Positions 63,441 through 64,000 of a DNA stretch of 64,000 bases are shown here, piece after piece. The stretch is from assembly GCF_006345805.1 (NCBI RefSeq), contig NC_042998.1:189224001-189288000 (forward strand), in the 5' to 3' direction. The translations under genes were made by a program, and so were the position numbers. The notes beneath the pieces are model-generated. The model was not told where the DNA came from. It worked only from the letters and a program-made list of their open reading frames with translations, and searched no databases. Source of the DNA: Octopus sinensis. Taxonomy: Eukaryota. Within the stretch, counting starts at the first letter, position 1; every line of letters begins with the position of its first letter.

Positions 63441-64000
63441 ATGCATGCATGTGTGTGTATTTAATTATCCTAAGGAACAGGCAAGGTTGAATGGCTTAGA
63501 AGTTCACTTCCAATTATGTAATTTTGAGTTCAGTCCTATAGCACTTACTATTGCCCGAAGCCAAGCAATGCATTGTGAGTGAATTTGGAAGATGGAAATT
63601 GCTAATACCTATCCTCTGTGTGTGTGTGTGTGTATGTGTGTGTTCGTGCACACGTGCAGACAAATGTGCATAAATGTTGATATCTCGTTTGACACAGTGG
63701 TGATGATATAAACATTACTTATTGTAATTACAACCAGTCACTGCGTTTTGAAGACCTTCGTAATATGAAATACCCTTACCTGGAAAACAGGAAAATCATT
63801 CATGTTCAATGCTGTCAAGAGTCAGACAGTTTGACAGGTCCAAGGACTGCATGTTCCAATGTCTGCTTTGGCATGGTTTCTATGGCTAGATACCTTTCCA
63901 AATGCCAACCACTTTACAAAGTATACTGGATACTTTTTTTTCCCTAACATTAGCACAAGTGAGGTTGCCATGCAGTTTGTAAAACTATATCCCCTTTGAC

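Overview
AT-rich, repeat-dense eukaryotic DNA with intron-containing genes. The effector-less tandem C2H2 array and the SINE/RTE/CR1 repeat families suggest a coleoid cephalopod (Octopus); this is an inference. Four genes were reconstructed by hand from splice sites and reading phase: (1) a 21-finger C2H2 zinc-finger ORF on - (3335-5122); (2) GFER/ALR (Erv1 sulfhydryl oxidase), 3 coding exons on + (15165-19968, 200 aa); (3) HOGA1, 7 exons on + (25074-41201, 335 aa); (4) a FAM193A-like gene on -, 12 exons visible (60924-45717, about 1250 aa, 5' end not found). The rest is tRNA-derived SINEs, RTE/CR1/L1-Tx1/CRE LINE fragments, MITEs, Helentron-like elements and Penelope-like remnants. Most interesting observations: two hammerhead-ribozyme motifs, three AGY-Ser codons in HOGA1 where the human protein has Gly (candidate restorative A-to-I editing), a 37-bp TIR element with 9-bp TSD, an inverted pair of CRE-clade retroelements, a 64-bp target duplication around an RTE tail, several large hairpins, and paired K-box/CCAAT motifs just after the FAM193A stop. 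All comparisons to known proteins and repeat families are from memory, not from a database search.
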